From NCBI GenBank assembly GCA_963767735.1, contig CAVYES010000004.1:32001-96000 (forward strand): a DNA stretch of 64,000 nt, in the 5' to 3' direction. Source of the stretch: Candidatus Bathyarchaeota archaeon (GTDB taxonomy: Archaea > Thermoproteota > Bathyarchaeia > Bathyarchaeales > Bathycorpusculaceae). This document shows, one piece after another, positions 59,271-64,000 of the stretch (within the stretch, counting starts at the first letter, position 1; each line of letters opens with the position of its first letter). The notes beneath the pieces were generated by a model. The model made no database searches. It was not told the origin of the DNA and was given only the letters and a program-made list of their open reading frames with translations. A program made the position numbers and the translations under genes.

Positions 59271-61091
59271 TTACGAGAAGTTTACAGCCACCTTGGAGGT
59301 AGCGCCTGTGACCACGATTTCCCCTGTCGAAGTCGAGTAGCTCCAACCGCTTCCTGGCGAAGTTTGTAGTACGCCGTCAATGTCTACTGATATAGGTTGA
59401 GCGTTCACGGAAAAGGTTTGGTTTCCGCTTCCGCTGACAGCATAGGTTATGTTGCTGTTCGGGTTATAGTTGCTTATCGTCACATTAGCGCCGAGTGCTG
59501 TCACTGTAAAGCTTGAAGTAGCTCCGTTCAAAGTCAAATCGTTAAAAGTTAACGCGTCGCCGTACTGGCTGAAACCGTTCAAGCTTACTTGGCTGTTGAA
59601 GCTTACACTAAAGCGGCTCGCACCGAAAAAAGGAGTGTTGGCTGCGATGTTGACGGCTGAAGATGAATAAGGCGTAAGGTTCGCTGTAAAGCTGTATTGA
59701 TCCACTGAATCAGTCAGGTACAGCATGGGTGTAAGATAGGTCGAATAGGTGTAAGCATTTACAACTGGGTTTGCGGGGTTGCTCATGTTGAAAGTATAAA
59801 TTCGCGCGGTTGCCGCACCCGTTTGATCATCCACTTCTTGCATGTTGAAGAAGCATTCTTCTCGGTTTCCTATTCTCACGTTGCATGCTGTCCCACCATC
59901 ATCAATGTCGTGCCCATTTAGCGTCATAAACACGTTAGAATAGCTATTTAGTAGATTTTCAAGGTTAGTGGCCCACTTAACGTCGGTCGGATCCACTGTC
60001 CAGCCATACGTTCCATTTCCATTAAGAAAATTATGCGTTGCCACAATCACGTTTACATTTGGGTTGCATTCAAGAAGCGTTTGCATCCAATCTAAAACGG
60101 TTTGGTTAGCATCATATTCGATGTTAATAACCATAAAATGGTAATTGCCATAACTAAATTTTACAGCTGTGTCTTTGCCAAAGTTAATGTCCCCTACCCA
60201 GTAAGGCAGCTGCCTCATAACTGTAACGTTGAAAGCAAGATAGTTTTCCCCTAACCACCCCGAGCTTGGACTTCCACCCCCAGGAGCTGAACTGTAAAAT
60301 GTATCGTGGTTTCCAGCATCCCAACAGTAAGGCACACCATTATTGTATAGCGTCATCATCGCAGTGTTGGCATTTCTCCAATCAGTCGTAGAGTTGGCAT
60401 CCTGAACAATGTCGCCCGTGTGAATAACCATCGCAAGATTCAAAGCGCCACTATTATTCGCTATCCAACTGGTTAATCCATCATACAAGGTAGGGTTGGA
60501 ATCACTCAAATATTGAGTATCCGTTATCTGAATTATGCTAAATCCATCAACGCTTGGAAGAGTATTCTCTAGCGAAGAAACCTTGCTTTGCAGGTTAGTA
60601 ACTTGTTGGTTTAATAAATCAATCTCCAAGTCATCTGACGCTATTTGACCCTTAGCGCTTGTTGTGTTAAACGAATTAATTTCTGAGTTATCGTTTGCTA
60701 ATGAGTTTTGGGCTGATGTAAGTTGACTTTGGAGTTGTGAGACCGCAGTTTTTTCTGATGTGATTTGGGTTTGCAGGTTTGACATTTCCGTTTTAATTGA
60801 ACTTATTGTTGTGTTGTCAGAGATAATTGTCGAGTTGTCAGTTACCGTTTGGTTTTGAAGGTTTGCGTTTTGGTTCTGCAGCGTGCTAATTTGGTTTTGG
60901 TCGCTTGTTATTTGGGCATCTTTACTGTTTAGCGCTGATGTGTAATTGGCAACTACTCCACCAATGACAATTAGTAAGGCGAGGCATAGCAATCCTATTC
61001 CTAGAGCAACTTTTCTGTTTACAACTTTCTTTTCGCCTAAGACTCGCCACCTCTTTTGCTTTAGACCTTTATGAATAGATAAATAAGGCAT
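59271..61091 (-). CDS. Membrane-anchored coiled-coil plus calcineurin-like metallophosphoesterase (true start uncertain, possibly TTA 61040)
   Basis: TDTQY, HTGD, GNHD, THN, GHD motifs; N-terminal TM and heptad stalk. Confidence 0.85.
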   Translation of the reverse strand: MPYLSIHKGLKQKRWRVLGEKKVVNRKVALGIGLLCLALLIVIGGVVANYTSALNSKDAQITSDQNQISTLQNQNANLQNQTVTDNSTIISDNTTISSIKTEMSNLQTQITSEKTAVSQLQSQLTSAQNSLANDNSEINSFNTTSAKGQIASDDLEIDLLNQQVTNLQSKVSSLENTLPSVDGFSIIQITDTQYLSDSNPTLYDGLTSWIANNSGALNLAMVIHTGDIVQDANSTTDWRNANTAMMTLYNNGVPYCWDAGNHDTFYSSAPGGGSPSSGWLGENYLAFNVTVMRQLPYWVGDINFGKDTAVKFSYGNYHFMVINIEYDANQTVLDWMQTLLECNPNVNVIVATHNFLNGNGTYGWTVDPTDVKWATNLENLLNSYSNVFMTLNGHDIDDGGTACNVRIGNREECFFNMQEVDDQTGAATARIYTFNMSNPANPVVNAYTYSTYLTPMLYLTDSVDQYSFTANLTPYSSSAVNIAANTPFFGASRFSVSFNSQVSLNGFSQYGDALTFNDLTLNGATSSFTVTALGANVTISNYNPNSNITYAVSGSGNQTFSVNAQPISVDIDGVLQTSPGSGWSYSTSTGEIVVTGATSKVAVNFS

Positions 61092-61418
61092 CTGAGTTCT
61101 TTTTAAAACCTTGCTACGATTGCTTTATTGCCCCCTGATGAACAAGAATTGCAGGCTAAACACATACGTGCTATTTTCCCAACCTGCTTCAGCAAATAAT
61201 GTCGGGGACAAAGAAGCGCGCTTAACTATCCGCCGAAAAGTTATTAATAATAAAATTCTCATAATGCTAAAGTCAACGAAGTGAAGCCGTCTATCTCATA
61301 CTGCACTTGTCATTTTATCGTAAGCTTCTAAGAACCCTTTCATTTCTTTGAAAAATCCCGTGCAAACCCATTTCTGAGAATAGCCCAAAATTTTAATCAA
61401 ATAATTAAATAGTTTTAT

Positions 61419-61889
61419 TTAAGGTAGCGAAGAAATTTGGCTTTGCAGGTCTGAAATCTCTTGGTTTAATGCATTAATTTCTGAGTTTACTGATGCTATG
61501 TCATCCTTAAGGGTTGTTATGTTTGATATGGGCGTGTTATCGGATGCTAATTCACTCTGATACAATGAAAGTTGATTTTGAAGCTGCGTGACTTCAGATT
61601 TGTCTGATGTAATTTGGGTTTGAAGGCTTGAAATTTTGGTGTTCAATGAACTTATTGTCGTGTTGTCAGAACTAATTGTCGAGTTTTCAGACGATGTTTG
61701 GTTCTGAAGGTTTGCATTTTTGTTCTGTAGCGTTCCGATTTGGTTTTGGTCGTTTGTTATTTGGTCATCTTTAGTCTTTAGCGCTGATGTATAATTAGCC
61801 ACAAATACTCCTATGATGATTAATAGCGCGAGGCATAACAATCCAATTCCTAAAACGATTTTTCTGCTCACCACTTTCTTTTCACCCAA
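61419..61889 (-). CDS. TM plus coiled-coil protein, paralog of the phosphoesterase stalk
   Basis: GEKKVV.RK..LGIGLLCLALLI...ANYTSAL..KD.QIT.DQNQI.TLQN shared with the downstream gene. Confidence 0.8.
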   Translation of the reverse strand: MGEKKVVSRKIVLGIGLLCLALLIIIGVFVANYTSALKTKDDQITNDQNQIGTLQNKNANLQNQTSSENSTISSDNTTISSLNTKISSLQTQITSDKSEVTQLQNQLSLYQSELASDNTPISNITTLKDDIASVNSEINALNQEISDLQSQISSLP

Positions 61890-62157
61890 AGGATTGTCAC
61901 CCGTCTATGGACCTTTACGTCAGATAACTTGCATCCGTTTCTTATTAAAACTTTGCAGAAATAGCAGTTTTATCCTAAAAAAATGATAATTGCAAGCTAA
62001 ACATGTACAAACTACCTGACTATGCTCGAGCAAATGATGTCGGATCCAGGCAGAGGACTAAAGGTTATGCAGGTTTTGCTTTGGATTAAAATTTATCCCA
62101 AATAAATGTTGATTTCTCTCTCAGCTTGGCTGGCAACAGCTCCTCTGAGGTTTGCTA

Positions 62158-63129
62158 TTAACCACTTTGCTTCTCAAACAGTGCGTTAGGCGCTAAGCTT
62201 GGATACTCTTTCATGATGTTTTGAAGTTTTTGCAACGACACGTTTTCGATAACAAAAGTCGATGGAGCCAACTCAACTCCGCCTTTTTGCCAAAGAGAAT
62301 CAACAATCTTGCTAACAATCTTACTTTCGTCAACCTTGGGTTCAAAGACTGCAAACCGAACCCTGAAGCGATTTTTCTTCAAGATCTGGAAGATTTCACC
62401 CAATTTTTCACGGAGATAATAAGGATGCAATTCTACCAGAATTTTCACATCTCCTTTAAGTGTCTGGAGCATCCCTCTTAAAATTTCGTATTCATAACCT
62501 TCGACATCCATCCGAATAAGATTTGGCGAAGACTTATTCTTGAGGAACGAGTCCACTGTTTCTTTAGAAACGCTCTGGGTTCCAATAATTTGGCCTACGG
62601 TGGAGCTTTTATTCATGGAGCATAGATTAGAAAAGTTGGAAACATAAATCTTAGATTCTTCGTTGCACTCTCCAATCGCTAGTTGGAAAATATCAACGTT
62701 TTTTAAATTATTCAGGCGCACGTTCTTTTTCAGTAGCTCGATGTTACCTTCGACGGGTTCGACTGCATAGACTTTTCCCTTTGCCCCTACGAGTTGAGAC
62801 TCGATTAATACGTAGTAACCGATGTTGGCACCAATATCTAAGACGACATCCCCCTCCTTGAGGACGCCGCCACCAATCAAATGATCAGTGCACATAACCT
62901 CCCTTTTCCTGTGCAAAAATAACTCCCTGTGAATAGCTCCCTTTTTCGGATAAACAAGCATTTTGGAGTTGTTTACTTCTACAATGGCTCCGTTTTTAGG
63001 CATGTACCTGATGCGCTGAATTGGCCGCAGAAGAAGAGCCTCTAGTAGTACTGCGGTAACTATGGACGTTGTCTTTTCAAAGCCTCTCGCACGAGCATCT
63101 TTAATAGTTTTATGAAATGGAATTGGCGT
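62158..63129 (-). CDS. FkbM-family methyltransferase (start ATG 63003 or ACG 63129)
   Basis: VLDIGANIGYY, AVEP, RMDVEGYE, VELHP. Confidence 0.9.
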   Translation of the reverse strand, partial: TPIPFHKTIKDARARGFEKTTSIVTAVLLEALLLRPIQRIRYMPKNGAIVEVNNSKMLVYPKKGAIHRELFLHRKREVMCTDHLIGGGVLKEGDVVLDIGANIGYYVLIESQLVGAKGKVYAVEPVEGNIELLKKNVRLNNLKNVDIFQLAIGECNEESKIYVSNFSNLCSMNKSSTVGQIIGTQSVSKETVDSFLKNKSSPNLIRMDVEGYEYEILRGMLQTLKGDVKILVELHPYYLREKLGEIFQILKKNRFRVRFAVFEPKVDESKIVSKIVDSLWQKGGVELAPSTFVIENVSLQKLQNIMKEYPSLAPNALFEKQSG

Positions 63130-63293
63130 TATCGCGAACCTCTCAATTCTTCACCGTGCAACACTTCGTTTTCTTTACTAACTGCCTTTTTTATCCTTAA
63201 ATTGTTTTCCCAAGTTAGATACTGACTTTATAATGCGCTATCGCATAACCAATATCGTAAAACCAATAGAAACGGAAGCATGGAGAACCAAAC

Positions 63294-64000
63294 ACGGCAA
63301 CCACAATTTATTATTTCTCAGGAACAGGCAACTCACTATACCTCACACGCCAACTGGCGACAAAAATCGGAAATTGCCAAATCAAATCCATGGCTAGACC
63401 GCCACCAATCCAACCAGTCGGCGGCTCAGAGGAAAACTTGGGTTTCGTCTTCCCCATCTATTACCGGGGATTACCAAGAATAGTCAAGCAATTCGCTGAA
63501 AAACTCAACATACGCCCCGGAACCTACTGTTTCGCAGTAGCAAATTACGGCAGGTCCAAACAAGGCACATTAGCCATGCTTAATGAAGTTCTGCAATCCA
63601 AAGGCACACAGTTATCTTACACAGAGGGAATAAAGTTGCCTGGCAACTACATCCTCAAATTCGACGTGCGGTCAACTGAAGAAACACACAAAATATTGGA
63701 AGAAGCCGACGGCATAATAGAGGAAGCAGCCAACGCAATCGCAAAAAAGGAAATTCGCCCCCTCACAAGGTCAGGCATTCACATAAGCAAAATCGGCAGC
63801 CGACTTTTCTACAGGAGCGCCGCCAAATTCGACGAGAAATTCACGGTGAATGAGAAGTGCATTAGCTGCGGTCTTTGCAGCGAGATTTGCCCAGTTCAAA
63901 ACATAAAGCTCGTAAACAAAAAGCCCGCTTGGCAGCATCACTGCGAACGATGCCTAGCTTGCATCCAATGGTGCCCCGCAGAAGCCATACAGTGCGGGAA
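63294..64000 (+). CDS. EFR1-family flavodoxin-ferredoxin protein; 3' end runs off the window (not in ORF track)
   Basis: Manual translation: TATTIYYFSGTGNSL...GFVFPIYY..LP...PGNY...CISCGLCSEICP...CERCLACIQWCP. Confidence 0.9.

Noticed and set aside
63280-63483. 67-aa track ORF
   Set aside because: Out-of-frame overlap with the EFR1-family gene; kept only as the alternative indel explanation for that gene's start
1-64000. tRNA, rRNA, transposase or integrase genes
   Set aside because: No cloverleaf, rRNA-like or transposase/integrase motifs recognised by eye; a tRNAscan/Infernal run would be needed to exclude small RNAs

Overview
Archaeal chromosomal window. It is most consistent with Bathyarchaeia (TACK), judged from gene content, archaeal TATA and GGAGGTGA-type Shine-Dalgarno (SD) signals, frequent TTG/GTG starts and secreted beta-helix and beta-propeller proteins; the taxon is inferred, not computed. 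It holds about 55 protein genes. These include a geranylgeranyl reductase, an aspS-gatCAB operon with a convergent asparaginase, Gln-dependent nadE, pckG, htpX, hcp, rpo5, a ModE-regulated W/Mo ABC transporter, a large DUF4011-helicase-Vsr-DUF3320 protein, htrA, thiolase/DUF35, cbiB-cobD, dph5-DUF357-ribL, ribK, two tandem amt genes, an ABC-2 exporter and several surface proteins. I saw no rRNA, tRNA, CRISPR array or transposase. The most notable observations are: (1) several genes whose natural N-terminus seems to begin at ACG or TTA behind a good SD; (2) a 68-aa molbindin (Mop) gene nested in-frame inside modE with its own perfect SD, plus two ModE boxes; (3) an Rpo5 with a eukaryote-like Rpb5 jaw domain and a 1-nt frameshift near its end; (4) a solitary Hhe-like helicase-nuclease with an altered nuclease motif; (5) two coupled uORFs ahead of the ABC exporter; (6) a 10-bp-phased tandem repeat after rpo5.
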